Assembly: GCF_009914755.1 (NCBI RefSeq)
Contig: NC_060926.1
Reading direction: 5' to 3' (one strand)
DNA: 64,000 nt
From: the human T2T-CHM13v2.0 reference genome, Homo sapiens
The notes beneath the pieces are model-generated. The model worked only from the letters and a program-made list of their open reading frames with translations. It was not told the DNA's origin and did not search any database. Position numbers and translations under genes: made by a program. Below are positions 30,434-45,350 of this stretch, one piece after another (positions within the stretch are counted from its first letter, which is position 1; every line of letters starts with the position of its first letter).

Positions 30434-30870
30434 TGTATTAGCTTCCTACGGCTGCTGTAACAAAGTACCACCCACTGGGTGGATTAAAATGACAGGAATT
30501 TATTCTCTCACAGTTCTGGAGGCTGGAGGTCCAAAATCACAGTGTGGGCAGGGCCACACACCCTCTGAACACGGAGGGAGGTATCCTTCCTTGCCTCTTG
30601 CAGCTTTGGTAGCCCCGGATGTTCTTGGCTTATAGCAGCATCACTCTAACCCTCTTTCTCCCAGCAGCTATCTGCCATTTGTGTCTATGTCCAAATTTCG
30701 TCTTCTTATAAGGAACCAGTCATATTGGTTTAGGGGCCCATCCTATTCCACTATGACCTATCTTAAACACATCTGCAGCAACCCTATTGCCAAATAAGGC
30801 CATATTCTGAGGCACTTGGCGTTAGAGCATCAGCAAATCCTTTTGGAGGGCGCAATTCAACCTATCCACA
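30434..30870 (-). mobile_element. MLT1 (MaLR, MLT1C-like) solo LTR
   Basis: TGTATTAGCTTCCT...GCTGTAACAAAGTACCAC...CACAGTTCTGGAGGCTGG...CAATTCAACCTATCCACA. Confidence 0.85.
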
Positions 30871-32030
30871 GCTCCTGAGTGGTCTGAGGTTTCTTAGGAA
30901 AGAGACGGAGGGAGCCAGCAGTGAGCCTGGATTTCAGGGTTGTTGGTGGGAGCCAAGAATGGTGTGGGGATTCCTATCCTTAGACATTCTAAGTCAGGTC
31001 AAGAACTTGTAGACCTGGAAAAATACCAGTGAGGCATTAGGGAAAAGACATTTTATACTAGCCACCATGCTAGTATTAAATTGAGTGTTTTTGTTTAACC
31101 TTGTAGAATGGGTGAGTATGGGAGGCTGTTCACTTGTGCCTCCCCAACCCCTGGCACTGCTACACTGGCTCTCCATGGCTGCTGCTGGTCTGTTTTGTGG
31201 GTGCTCCAGTTTGGTTGATGCCATTTCAGTTGTTAAATCTTGTGAATCCCACCCCTGGGAATAGCTATTTAAAGGAATCATAGCTTTAAGTAGTGACGAA
31301 GAGGAGTCAGCTAGAGACACATTTTTGAAAACCTTGGTGGTAAAAGGAATTGTTTTAGTAGCCTGATGGGAGGGCAAGGTTAAGGGAAGGCATTTATTTT
31401 ATTTTATTTTTAATGTAGATTTGATGTTCATTGTCAAACAGGAAGGCTTCAGGCCCTGCTATGGGCAGGAGAGTTTGGGATTTGGCCCATTGGTGCTGGG
31501 TTAACATCAGAAGGGAGCTAAGTGTTCTTACTGGGAAATTATTTTATTTCAGGTCTGACCTTTCTAGAATTGTCCCCTAGGCTCTGAGTCAAGGTAGCTG
31601 GGATGAGCGCCCTAATTCATGGATGCTTTCTTAGTTTGGAATCCATCCTGGCCATCTGGCAGGCAAGGATATAGCTGTTTTCTCCTCATGGGGACTATGG
31701 TGCCTGGGCACACACACACACATGCCATTGCCATAGGCAAGTGACTTAGGAGAGGCCAAAGCCATCTTTGATTTTCTCCTTTTTTCTTCAATTGTTTAGT
31801 GGCCAACTGACCTAATTTCCAATGGGAATAAAGACCTATTGGTTTTAAAAACATTTTTTTACCAGTATAACTTCATTGAAGATTCTTGTGCTTGTGAGTG
31901 AATATGATTTATTTTAAAATTATGCCTATAAAAGAGTAATGAGTGGGACAAATGTATAAGTGCCAGACAGAGGTGTTAGAACTTTTAATAAAGCACTTGT
32001 ATCTTATAGGCATCTTAAAAACCCAATGGA

Positions 32031-32332
<302 letters not shown>

Positions 32333-33882
32333 CCCCACAATGGAATGACCTGGGTTAAACAACCTTATCATGAAAGGATATTATTGAACTTCTGTGAGAT
32401 GGTAACCTTGTTCTGAGGTCTTGCCATCATCTATCCAGCCATTATAAAGAGTAGACTAGATATTCAAAGAGAAGTTTGTGAAGCAGGATAGTTTATTGGA
32501 GAGTCCGTTGTAGTCATAGGGAGAGTACCATGGCTCTTCTCTTCTCCTATAATCTCCTGTCCTGACCCCAAGCCACACGACTGTAGGAGAGCCACTCTAG
32601 AGGTGGGATGCCAATGAGAAAGTAGGGCTGATACCTTATTACCCAGTTGGATTTCCCTTATATAGCAAATTAGTGTTCCTCACTTGGCTCCTGTTTGAAC
32701 TGGAGGGTAATGAATTGAAGAGACTGGAAGTGAAGCGAGATGAGCTATAGTAGGGCAGCGTGGATTCCTACTCTATGTTGGATCAATGATTCTTGAATTT
32801 CCTGCAGGCCAAGTGGGCACTGAGCTTGAGCTTGTGCCTTCTTATGGATAACCCACTCAGGAGGGTCTGATGCAGGCCAGAGGGCCCCAGGAGTAAAAAG
32901 GGGGGACAGGGTCTGGGGCAGGAGCCCAGGGAGATCAGGAGAGGTTGTGCAAGGGGATGTCTCACATGTAGGAGCCTGTGCCCTGCCAAGGGAGGCAGCT
33001 TGGAGATACTTGCTTCCAGGAAAGCACAGCCAGCCAAAGCAGCTGGGAGAGCTGAGCAAAACAAACCTCCACCTCTCCTCCTTCCGCACCGTGGAGAGGC
33101 AAAGCAGGGATGCAGGGAGGCAAAGGGAGTGGATGATACTCCTGCCCTTGGGATCCCTTGTAGGATAGGTCCTTTGGGTCAGGGATTAGGCCTGAGCTGG
33201 GTCAAAGGAAAGATCTTGAATTGGACATAAAGGTTGACGTTTTATACTAAACTAGATTAAACTTTTTAATATCTCAAAGAGATGGAAAAGCTGAAGAATG
33301 TGCCTAAGGTGTCATCAAGGGATAAAACATGGATAAAGGCAGTAAGTGGAGAAAAAAAAAAGAGTTTTAGGCTTGTGTTCCACTGGGTACAGAGCTTGTG
33401 GTTTTCTGGTTCCATCTGAGAGCGAGCGAGCTGCAAAGCACAGTTGACCTTGTGGTTGGAGGACCAGCTGTGACACTGTCTGTGTGGATCAATGACTCCT
33501 GTTGGACGTGAATGGGGTATCTCAGGGACACCAGCTGGGCTGTGTGAGGCCAGCTAAGAGCAGATGCCGCCCCTGTCCCTGCCTCTGCACCCCTCCTCTA
33601 CCTTCAAACACTGCTTTGTCACTACGTAAGCTTCCTGTAGTTTAGATGACATTTGAAAGAAAAGGTGTGAAGGGACCGTGAATTGACAAAGATCTAGTTT
33701 CTACCATCTGGCATAATTAGGAAGTAATTTGAATTAGAAATTAAATTATTGTAGAGAAATAACATAAGTTTTATTCCTTGCACAGTTACCAGTGGATCAC
33801 TTTTGAATACTTGTGCTTTCCGGGCACGTCGTATTCTCCAATAAGTTGTTGGTATAAATTTTTTCCACTCAAATAGCCATTA

Positions 33883-34047
33883 AAAGGGTTGAAAAACTAC
33901 CTATTGGGTACAATGTTTGCTATTTGGGTAATGGGTACATTAGAAGCCCAATCTCTACCAGATGCAATATACCCATGTAATAAACAGGCACAGGTACCCC
34001 CGAATCTAAAATAAAATAAAATTAAACAAACAAACAAACAAACAAAC
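33883..34047 (+). mobile_element. Short L1PB/L1PA-old 3' end with (AAAC)n tail
   Basis: GGGTTGAAAAACTACCTATTGGGTAC...GTACCCCCGAATCTAAAATAAAA; TSD ATAGCCATTA. Confidence 0.88.
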
Positions 34048-34709
34048 ACATAGCCATTATGGTTTACTAGATCTGCCCAATCCCTCTTGCTTCAAATCAT
34101 TGGTCCTGGTAATTCAGCAAGGAATTGAAAACCCCAACACATTTTATTTTCTTATTTTTGACTATGAAATTAATATATGGCAATTAGAGAAATTTTTGAA
34201 AATTTAAAATACATAGAAAAAATTTTATCCAAGTATTACCACCTAGAGAATTCTACAGTTAATAGCGTCTTATATTTCTTGCCAGGATCCTGTCTTCGCA
34301 TAGTTAACAAAGTTGTCATTATAGTGTATGTGCAGGTTTTTCCTCTGCTTTTTGAACTCTGTTATAGCATAAACACTTTCCATGTTATAGCAAGTTCTTT
34401 ATAAACATTTCAATGGCTGCATAATAGTCTATCTTGTGAGTTTATGGTAATTTATATAATCACTTAGCTATCGTTGCTATCAAACAAAATTGCTAACACT
34501 GCCAAGGACATCTTTATGCAGTGTGGATGGGATAGAGACCGGAAGGCACTATATGGATCTTTGTTTAGAGACAGTGCCCTCTTAGGAAATACCACTTGCA
34601 GGGGGCCCCATGTTGTAGGCTAGTCTCTTAGCTCTTTCAGAGTTAATGTCTCACAGGGCTCTGAGCAAGCCTGGGAAGAGGTCTGGGGATGGAACATATA
34701 GGCTGAGGG

Positions 34710-34900
34710 CCTGTTATGTGCCTGACACACAGTTAGGCACTTCTGTGACTATTGTTGTGCATTCTTTACAACTGCCCTACAAAGTGGATAGCATCTCCAT
34801 TTTGGAGGAGAATCCCGAGGCTTAGAAATATGAAACGACTTTCCCAAGGTCACAGTCAGGGAGTGGCAGGGTCTGGCTGATTCCACAGTCCAGGTCCTTC
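34710..34900 (-). mobile_element. MIR
   Basis: CTCCATTTTGGAGGAGAATCCCGAGGCTTAGA...TTCCCAAGGTCACAG. Confidence 0.6.
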
Positions 34901-35164
34901 GCGTGGCCCTCATTTTATTCTGCAGGCTTTGGTACCTTGTGGGACACACTTAAAAGGCCAAGGAGTCCCCGGGTTTGGGGCGGTGTGGGGTAGATACAGC
35001 CCTGTCGGCTGCTGCTTTGTCTTGGGGCTGGAGATGGGGTGGATTAGGGCAGGAGACAGCAAAAGGGAAAACTAGCAAAACTAGAGATTTGCTAGTTAAT
35101 GATGTTTTCTTGCAATTTTTTTTGGGGGGGGCACGCAAAACATGTCTTGTGGCTCTTGTACTCA

Positions 35165-35543
<379 letters not shown>

Positions 35544-36009
35544 TTACTCTCTGTCCCTTTAATAGTGAAATGTCTTGGTGCGTTGGGCCCGGACTACCGT
35601 AGAAGTCTGAATAACTTCTCCACAGTTTCTTCCTTACTGGGTCAGTAACTCTGAATGGGCTTTCAGAGTTATTCTGAAAGATCACCACTAGGAGATGCAC
35701 AAGATTCAAAGAAGTTAGAGCAGTGCTTGGTGATTTTTCTTTCACGTTTATCTGAGCTTTGCAGGTTTCTTTTGTTCTAAATTCATTGAGAATTGAGGGC
35801 GAAAATGTCAGTTTCTCAGATCCTATTAATTCTCCAAAGTGAAAAAAATCTACACTTGCCCGTAGTCACATCTAGTGAAACAGGCTGAAGGAACTGACAA
35901 ACCAGATGCCATGTGTTAAGGATAATAATATGCGTAGCGCCTGATTCCTTTCAGGGAGATGTCAACACTGTTTTGTCACTTTGGTAGAGGACAGTGATGA
36001 TGGCAGTGC

Positions 36010-36270
36010 AAATGGTTAACATTTATTGTGATTTCACTTCGCACCAGGTACCATGCTAATGCCTTTAGGTTCTCTTATCACATTTAACCCTCCTGTACAC
36101 TGTCTCAATTCATGGACACAACAGTTTTGTTACCCTCATTTTGCAAGAAGAGGAAATTGAAGCATAGGGAGGTCGAGAAACTTATCCAAGTTTACCCACC
36201 TAGGAAGCAGCTGAGCTGCCATTTAGACTCAAGTTTCTCTGGCCCCAGAGCTGCTCACTTAACCAGTTAA
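36010..36270 (-). mobile_element. MIR
   Basis: AACATTTATTG...CCAGGTACCATGCTAA...CTCATTTTGCAAGAAGAGGAAATTGAAGC. Confidence 0.65.
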
Positions 36271-37347
36271 GTATTCTGCTTCCTGGTTTTTATCCCAACT
36301 TGACAGATGAGGAGCCATTTGATAGAGGTCAGAGTAGTTAAGGAATTTGTTCTGGTTCTCAGCTGATTAGGGAAGAAGCTTAGACTAGGTGTCCCTTCTC
36401 CTGGTCAAGAGCGTTTCCCTTCTTTATCTTGCAGGCGCAGTGTCTGCTAGAGGCTACAAGAAAGAAAGAGGAAAGGTGGGGGCTCATTGGTGGGGCTGAG
36501 TCAAGGGGATAAGGGGATCTCAGCACAGAGGAAACAGTGGAAGGTTGCTGCGTGGCGGATTCTGCTACCACTGGGCCCTTGTGGGCTGCGGCCACCTTAA
36601 ACCTGGCTTAGATCATGGGCTGATTGGATATGGCCTATCTCTGGACGCTGGGTAGAATAAGCTGAAGTGGATGGAGCAGCTTGAACAAAAACACTCTGCA
36701 ACCCTCTTTGAGTCTTCCTGGCTTTGGAACTCCCTAGTCAGCTCTGTCAACACCGGGTGGCAGCCATCCCTTCCTGGAGGGGAGAGGTGCTTTGAGGTCC
36801 TTTCTTCCATCTTTGCTTAGCTCCATGACAGTGTTGGAACACAAAGCTGAATGATCTTACAATCTTTTCCTGTGCTTGTATGGATGTATGGGTTTGCTTT
36901 TTTTTTTTTCCCCTCTAGTCCAGATTTCTATCGCTTAGACACTGGTCTTCAAGAGAGGCTCACAGTTGTCACTCATGCAACCTTTATACTTATTCACACC
37001 CCACTCTATTCTTCTGACCATCAGCAGCTTCCTTTTCTTGGAGACTTCACCCTTGCAATGATCCAGGACTTCAAAGCTTGGCATGGCAGTGGAGGCCTTC
37101 TCCTGCTGTGGGTTAAGACACTGTCCCCAGGAGTCCCTTTGTGCAATACACAGTGCTGAACGACATGGAAGGATGGCACAGTTACCTCTCCAGAAGAGAG
37201 TGAGGCACCAGACCAGCTAGTTGAAATCCTTGGAAATTATGGATGAATGAATGTAATAGAATGTGATTTGATAGAGTGGAGAGGGTGGTTCTGGGAGGTG
37301 GAGGGGAACTCTTCGCAGCATTGCTATCCAAATGACATACTATAAAT

Positions 37348-37683
37348 CAGGGGCCTCCAATCCTTGGACCATGAACTGATACTGATCTGTGGCCTGTTAG
37401 GAACTGGGCCACACAGCAGGAGGTGAGTGGCAGGTGAGTGAGGATTACCACCTGAGCTCCACTTCCTGTCAAATCAGTGGCGGCATTAGATTCTCACAGG
37501 AGGGGGAACCTTATCGTGAACTGCGCATGCGAGGGACCTAGATTGTGTGCTCTGTATGAGAATCCAATGCCTGATGATCTGAGATGGAACAGTTTCATCC
37601 CAAAACCATACCCACCCTCCCTTTGTGGAAAAATTGTCTTCTATAAAACCAGTCCCTGGGGCCGAAAAGGTTGGGGACCACTG
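37348..37683 (+). mobile_element. MER1B (hAT-Charlie), full length
   Basis: CAGGGGCCTCCAA...GGTTGGGGACCACTG; perfect 8-bp TSD CTATAAAT. Confidence 0.92.
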
Positions 37684-37900
37684 CTATAAATGATGAATGA
37701 GAAAACCAGGCTTTAAGTCTTTCCCTCTCTCCCTTCCTTCTTTCTTCCTTTGTTTTTTTTTTTTCTTTTTCTTTTTCTGTTTTCTGACGGGCTTGTGAGC
37801 ACACAGGTATGTGCTTCAGTGGCAGTCAACAGTTTTGCTGATTTCTTATTGTAACCTAGGCTAAAAAAATATTGGACAGTGAGTTGATAGTTGATAGTTG

Positions 37901-37947
37901 ATTAAAAGTAATGGCAAAGACTGCAATTAATTTTGTACCAACCTAAT
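37901..37947. mobile_element. MADE1 (Hsmar1-derived MITE), one arm only
   Basis: ATTAAAAGTAATGGCAAAGACTGCAATTAATTTTGTACCAACCTAATA matches the mariner TIR arm. Confidence 0.75.
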
Positions 37948-39734
37948 AGAATTCTAATAAAGCTGGCTTAACTGGTGAGTATAAACTTTGCTGATGCTAG
38001 TTTCCTCTTCTAAAAATTAGAGATTTGGATAAGAAGAGTTTTTGGAAGTTTTGAGAGTCTCATTCATTCTAATATTTTATTTTTGGGAAAAAATGGGGAT
38101 TTCAAACTGATATTTTGAGCAAGACAATGATACAAATCTTTAAAAACACAATGTGGATAAGGGTGTTGGGGTGGGTTCTTAGTCTCCAGGGTTGTTACGG
38201 ATGCAAAGAGTGAGACCCTTGCCAAGGCCACCTATGTGGTGTGACCCACCATACAGTTTTTAAATGGTATCCACATAGAATACTCTTTAGGTTTGCGTGG
38301 TTATTGCACAAAGCTGACCATTGATAGCCTGCCGGGGTTTGCTTGTGTGTCTTAAACACTCTTAAGACAAATAAATTGTCCAGTGGTCTATATTTGGTGC
38401 TCTTTTTTTTCATCCCTGTGTACAGAGCTGAACTGAGCTGGCTGCTTGATCTTGGTCCAAATATAATGGCCCAATTGTCCCCTTATGTCAGGGGGTCGGG
38501 CTATGGAGCACACCCAGCGCCCTGTGGGAACCCACAGAAGGGAGGTGGCTATTTGGACATATAGTCTGTAGTGGAGACAAGTTAACGACCCTGCCTGGGG
38601 CATTCCAGAGTTTATTTAATGATAAAACTGGCCCCAGATTCTCCACTGGGGCTTGTAAGTCCTGTGCAGCACACGATGGGGTGAGAATGCAGTTAAACAC
38701 ACATCCTAAAGGCATTTTAGCTTGTGAGGAAATGGTAAATCCCCTCTGTGATTTGAAAATACCATTTAAAAAATTGTGCCAAGACAGTTTTTTTTTTTTT
38801 CCCTAACCCAGCTCTTATAAAGCAGAAAAACAGAATGGTAATTTAATCTATGACTATATGTGTCAAAGCATCTGATTGAAGAGTAGAAAGAATTCATCAC
38901 TAGTGTCATGTTAATAAAAAAAATGCAGTTATCTGATTGAATTATCTGTACATATACTATTCTGAATCCAGTCAAATTGATTCATATTGATGTGGCCTAA
39001 ATGTGCCATTGGCCTGAAACTCACAGTCAGTAAATCGGATATGAAAGTCTTTAATAAAACAATAAGCGTTACCCAAATATCAGCTTCTTAACATTATGAC
39101 TCTGGCAGGTACTGAGTTTCTACTTTTGTTGGAGTTGGTGACAAACCTGAGTCAAGGTGTTGCCAAGGGAATGGGTCATTGCTAGGAGGACGTCTCTGAG
39201 CCTGAGGATAGACTCCTGGGGTGTCAATAGCATGGGTGACAGGGACATTGAGAAGAATGGGAAAGTCACCTTCTGAAGACAGGACCACCACTAACATCTT
39301 GCCTTGATGGGCCTTTCATTCCAAACCTAGTGGGTTTTGCAGATGTTCTCTCATTAACTAATTTGTTAAGCTACTTAAGGAGGGTCTGGGAAGGAAGGAA
39401 GGTGGGGGTCACAGGCTCTTGATATGCATTGTATTTTCTGTTCCTTTGGTCCGACCAGGACAGGAGTGATAGTGAATGAGTGGTGAGAGAGAGCACCTTT
39501 TGGGAATGGTTGAGAAAAGCAGTGGATTTTGCTCTCCCCGTGGATTCTTCCCTCTGCTAGACATGTGCAAAAACACATGTAGGCTGGACGAATCCCAGGG
39601 GAATCCCCCCAGGATGGAATCCCAGGGGGTTTTTCAGAGGGAAGACTCACTCTAAGAGGGAAGACAGTATTGGTCCAGCCAGGAAGACTTGTGTTAAATG
39701 TACATATGGGGACTTAACTATTTAAAAATGTGGA

Positions 39735-40075
39735 GGCTGGCCATGGTCAATCATGCCTGTAATCCCAGCACTTTTGGAAGCTGAGGTGGGAAGATCTCCT
39801 GAGTCCAGAAGTTTGAGACCAGCCTGGGCAATGTAGTAATAACCCATCTCTACAAAATAAATAAATAAATTAAATAAATAAATAAAAAATAAAAAAATTA
39901 ATAAATACAAACATTAGCCAGGCGTGGTGGCATGCCCCTGTAGTCCCAGCTACTTAGGAGGCTGAAGTGGGAGAATTGCTTGAGCTCAGAGGTCGAGGTT
40001 GCAGTGAGGTAGGATTGTGTCACTGCATTTCAACCTGGGTGACAGAGTGAGACTATGTCTCTAAAATAATAAATT
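39735..40075 (+). mobile_element. AluJ-like element with (TAAA)n linker
   Basis: Full dimer; TSD AAAAATGTGGA (39724-39734 / 40078-40088). Confidence 0.93.
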
Positions 40076-40274
40076 TTAAAAATGTGGAGATTGGTTTGAA
40101 AACATAGATTTTACTTTGAAGCTAGGGAGGAATAATGCAAAGGCGCTAATGACTCGGATATAGCTCCGGGCAAATGATGCAGCAAGGCAGGACGATCCAA
40201 TAAAAGCGGGGTTAGTACAGGAAGTAGAGAGATCCATGGAAAGAATGGACAAGAAAAAGATGAGTCAAGAGAGA

Positions 40275-40512
40275 ACAACACAAACACCGAGCCCTAATGT
40301 AAACTATGGGCTTTAGTTAATAATAATACATCAGTATTGGCTCATCAGTTATAAGAGATGGACTACACTAATCTAAGAAGTTAAGGATTGGAGAAACTGG
40401 GAAGCCAGATTCAGGAGATATATGGAAACTCTGTACTTTCTGCTCAAGTTTTCTGTAAGCCTAAAACTGCCTCCCTGCAATAAAGTTTATTAATTTAAAA
40501 AAATTAAAAAAA
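40275..40512 (+). mobile_element. L1MB/MC 3' end fragment
   Basis: CCCTAATGTAAACTATGGGCTTTAGTTAATAAT...ATATGGAAACTCTGTACTTTCTGCTCAA. Confidence 0.75.
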
Positions 40513-40967
40513 ATAGGTGAGAGAATGTTGTGGGAAGGCTGAGCAAAGAGCTCTAGTCCTAAAGCTAACCCTCTAGTTGAATTAAAGCTAGAAAGAAAAA
40601 GAGAGAAATTTCAGAATGCATTGAAGAGAGAGTAGGACCTACCCTTAAAGTAAGGGGAAAAATTGCAACATGTCAGAATTTCCTCTGGATCAAGGAAGGT
40701 GGGAGTGCCACAATGTCAGTGTACTTAGAGATGAAAACTTGAACATGGCATGGGGAAGGACCGTAACACTCCGTAATGAGATGGGAGCTAAACCCAGGGA
40801 GAAGACTGAGGGGTAGGCGTGGGAAGGTCCAGTTAATAGCAATAATGACACTAATAACCATCACTCATAATAAGCAGTTACTCTATCAGGCATTGTGTCA
40901 AATAAACTGTTTACGGGCACTATTTTATTTACTCTTCATAACAACCACTAGAGCAAGCACCAATTTT

Positions 40968-42328
<1,361 letters not shown>

Positions 42329-43038
42329 TCACACAGTTCACAAGTGTCAGGGCCAGGATTTGTAATCAAGATGGCTAATGCCATAGGCTGGCACTTAACC
42401 ATTGATCTTTATTCCTTGGGAGTTGCTCTCTGAATAATTTCTTGCTTCAGAAATAGTACTTTAAAACTCTAAGATGACTAAATATCATGCAATTGTATTG
42501 TAAATATTTTGCCTCTGTTTCTACCACATCACACATCCCCTTGCTCTATACAAACTTGTACGATGACATTTGTTTGCTGGACTGGAGAGAAACAGAGGCA
42601 GAGCTGTGCTTTCAGAGAAGGCCTTGAGTCAGAGAAGGGCAGAGACAATGACTTTCTTTTTTTTTCCCTTTAGTAAAAAATTAATCCCTGTTTATTGTAA
42701 CTAATTTAGAAATGGTAAGCACAAAGAAAATGCACACGGTTATTTTGCCTAATTTTAAAGGGGAAACAAGAATCCTTCTGAGAGCTACGTGCAGGTCAGT
42801 GTAGTGCGACAGATTTACTGAGCAATGCCATGTGTTAGACACCACACCAGGCTCTGGGGAGGGAAAAGATAAATCAGACCCGATCCCTATTCTAAATCAC
42901 GGCATATGAGAAAACAAAGAGCCCCACCTTGTATGATAAATAAATTTGAAACTCTGTTCAGTACACACATTCCATCCAGACCACATCACCTCTGACTCCA
43001 GAGAACTCCCAAGGCTGGAGGTAATGCCTCTTCTAGAA

Positions 43039-43364
43039 CAGGGGTCCCCAAGCCCTGGGCTGTGGACTGGTACTGATCAGTTTCCTGTTAGGAACTGGGC
43101 TACTCAGCATTACCACCTGAGCTCTGCTTCCAGTCAGATCAGCCACGGCATTCGATTCTCAGAAGGAGAAACCCTATTGTGAACTGTCCATGTGACGGAC
43201 CTGAGTTGTGTGCTCCTTAGGAGAATCCAACTAATGACTGATGGTCTGAGGTGGAACAGTTTCATCTGGAAATCATCCTTCCACCCCACAACCCCCAGGC
43301 CGCCATCCGTGGTTTTGTCTTCCACAAAACCGGTCCCTGATGCCAAAAAGTTTGGGGACCGCTG
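43039..43364 (+). mobile_element. MER1-family element (MER1B-like, small internal deletion)
   Basis: CAGGGGTCCCCAA...TTTGGGGACCGCTG; flanks TTCTAGAA / TTCTGGGA. Confidence 0.88.
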
Positions 43365-43571
43365 TTCTGGGAGACATTGTAATGATGAATCTCAGCTGCT
43401 GAGTCTTCAGTCTGAGCCAATATCCCGTTGGTGTTAACACGCTGTGTGAAGATGGCCCAGATGAGGAAATCAAAGCTGCATGTGAAACCAAACCCACACA
43501 CGCTCCCAGCAACACGCAAAGCTTTCACCACATTCATGGCTGCCTCCAGTCTTGGTGAAACATGGAGAAAG

Positions 43572-43807
43572 CAAACATTAGCCAGGCGTGATGGCATGTG
43601 CCTGTAGTCCCAGCTACTCAGGAGGCTGAAGTGGGAGAATTGCTTCAGCTCAGGGAGTTGAGGTTGCGGTGAGCTAGGACTGTGTCACTGCATTCTAGCC
43701 TGGGTGACAGAGTGAGACTCTGTCTCTAAAATAATAAATAAATTTAAAAAAATGTGGAGATTGGTTTGAAAACATAGATTTTACTGTGAAGCTAGCGAGG
43801 AATTATG
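43572..43807 (+). repeat. Local duplicate of 39908-40137 (Alu right arm + TSD + unique flank)
   Basis: Shares private Alu variants and the non-Alu flank AATGTGGAGATTGGTTTGAAAACATAGATTTTACT. Confidence 0.92.
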
Positions 43808-44412
43808 AATTTTACTTTATGAACTTTACTTTGAAGCTAGGGAGGATAGATAAATTGAATCTATCAATTACTGATAGATTCAACAATTAACTCTGACCCC
43901 AGAGACCCTGCTATGTGCCAGATATGAGGGTATCAGGCTGGGTCCCTGGGAACCAACAAGACTTGGCTCACCCAGCTATGGAATTCTCAGATGAGCTGGG
44001 CTTGGCTTATCTCCTGTGCCGTTTACAGAGGCCCAAGTGCATTACCATAGACCCATAGTGACTCAAGGAGTAGTGTACTTCACGAACTTTGAAAGTATAA
44101 AAGTAACTCCTCCTTCAGAGTCCACAGGTACCTCTGACTGCACAGATTGGCTATGGGCAATCTATGATAATGCACTCAGCTGCCCGCCATGTGGATATGC
44201 ACACAAGAAGACAATGTAGGTACACTGGATATGCATATTGGAAGACTTAGGTGGTTGCTAACTTCTCCCAAGTACCCACCTACAATTTGGGGTGTGCCGT
44301 TCATCTTGAATAATCCATTGGTTCACTCATTTAGCAAATATTATGTACCCAGTATGTGTCAGGCCCAGTTCTAGTAAATGGAGATAATAGCAATAAGCAA
44401 ACATTTAAGGCC

Positions 44413-44791
44413 TGTTACTGAAATGCCAGGGATTTGGTCTCAGTTCTGTTGCTTGCTGCACAGAATGCCAGCCAGGGAGAATGGGAGATAAAGTCTCAAA
44501 TCCGTCTTCCTGACCCACTAAACTTGGGGGTGTTTATATAGCAGGGAAGGTGGGAAAAACAGGAATTGGGGAGGGGTAAGGGAGCAAAAATGATAGATGA
44601 GGGGTCTGGTGCCTCATTTGGATGTGGTGATCTTTTAAGTTTTAGTTCCTTGCCTGAGGGTTGGTTTCCAGAGGCAGGAACTCGGGTAAGACAAATGTAA
44701 GTTTCCAGTTTTAAGACCAGGGAGGGTCAATTTCAATGTTTATTCAAAAAACTGTAAATGTTAGTTCTACAGGACAATTGGGCCGATTTCA
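44413..44791 (-). mobile_element. ERV1 solo LTR (MER31-like)
   Basis: TG...CA termini (TGTTACTGAAA...GATTTCA); GGGAGATAAAGTCTCAAATCC; interrupts L2. Confidence 0.6.
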
Positions 44792-45350
44792 CCATCATGG
44801 AGCTTGCCTTCGTATGTGTGTGCATTTGTGTATGTAAGACAATAAATAAATTTAAAAAACAATAAATAAATGAATAAAATGTGTAGTATGTCAGATGATA
44901 AGGGTGATGGAGAAAATTAAGAGCAAGAGAGGAAGAGGACTGCTGGGACTTGGGAAAAAGTTAAGATTTTCAGAGCATTCCTGGCAGAGAAAAGAGTGAA
45001 GTGCAAAGGCCTTGAGACAAGGCGTATTTAGCACGTTCAAGAAACATCCAGGAGGGCACTGCCTAGGGGCAGAGTGGGGCAGGGGAGAGGGGGCAGTGGA
45101 GGGAGAGGAGGTCAGAGGTGATGCAAGGCCAGATTGGCCTTAGCTTTTCCTCTGAAGGAGAAAGGGAGCAACCACAGGTTTGGTCAGGGGAAAGGCATGA
45201 TCTGACTTTTGTTTTAAGAGTATAATTCTTGCTGCTCCACTGCGAAAAGACTCTAGCAGGACGAGGTAAGAAGTAAGGAGATCAATTAGAGGCTATTGCA
45301 ACAGCCAGGATGATAGATGACGATGGCTGGGGCTAAGGTGATATCAGTGG

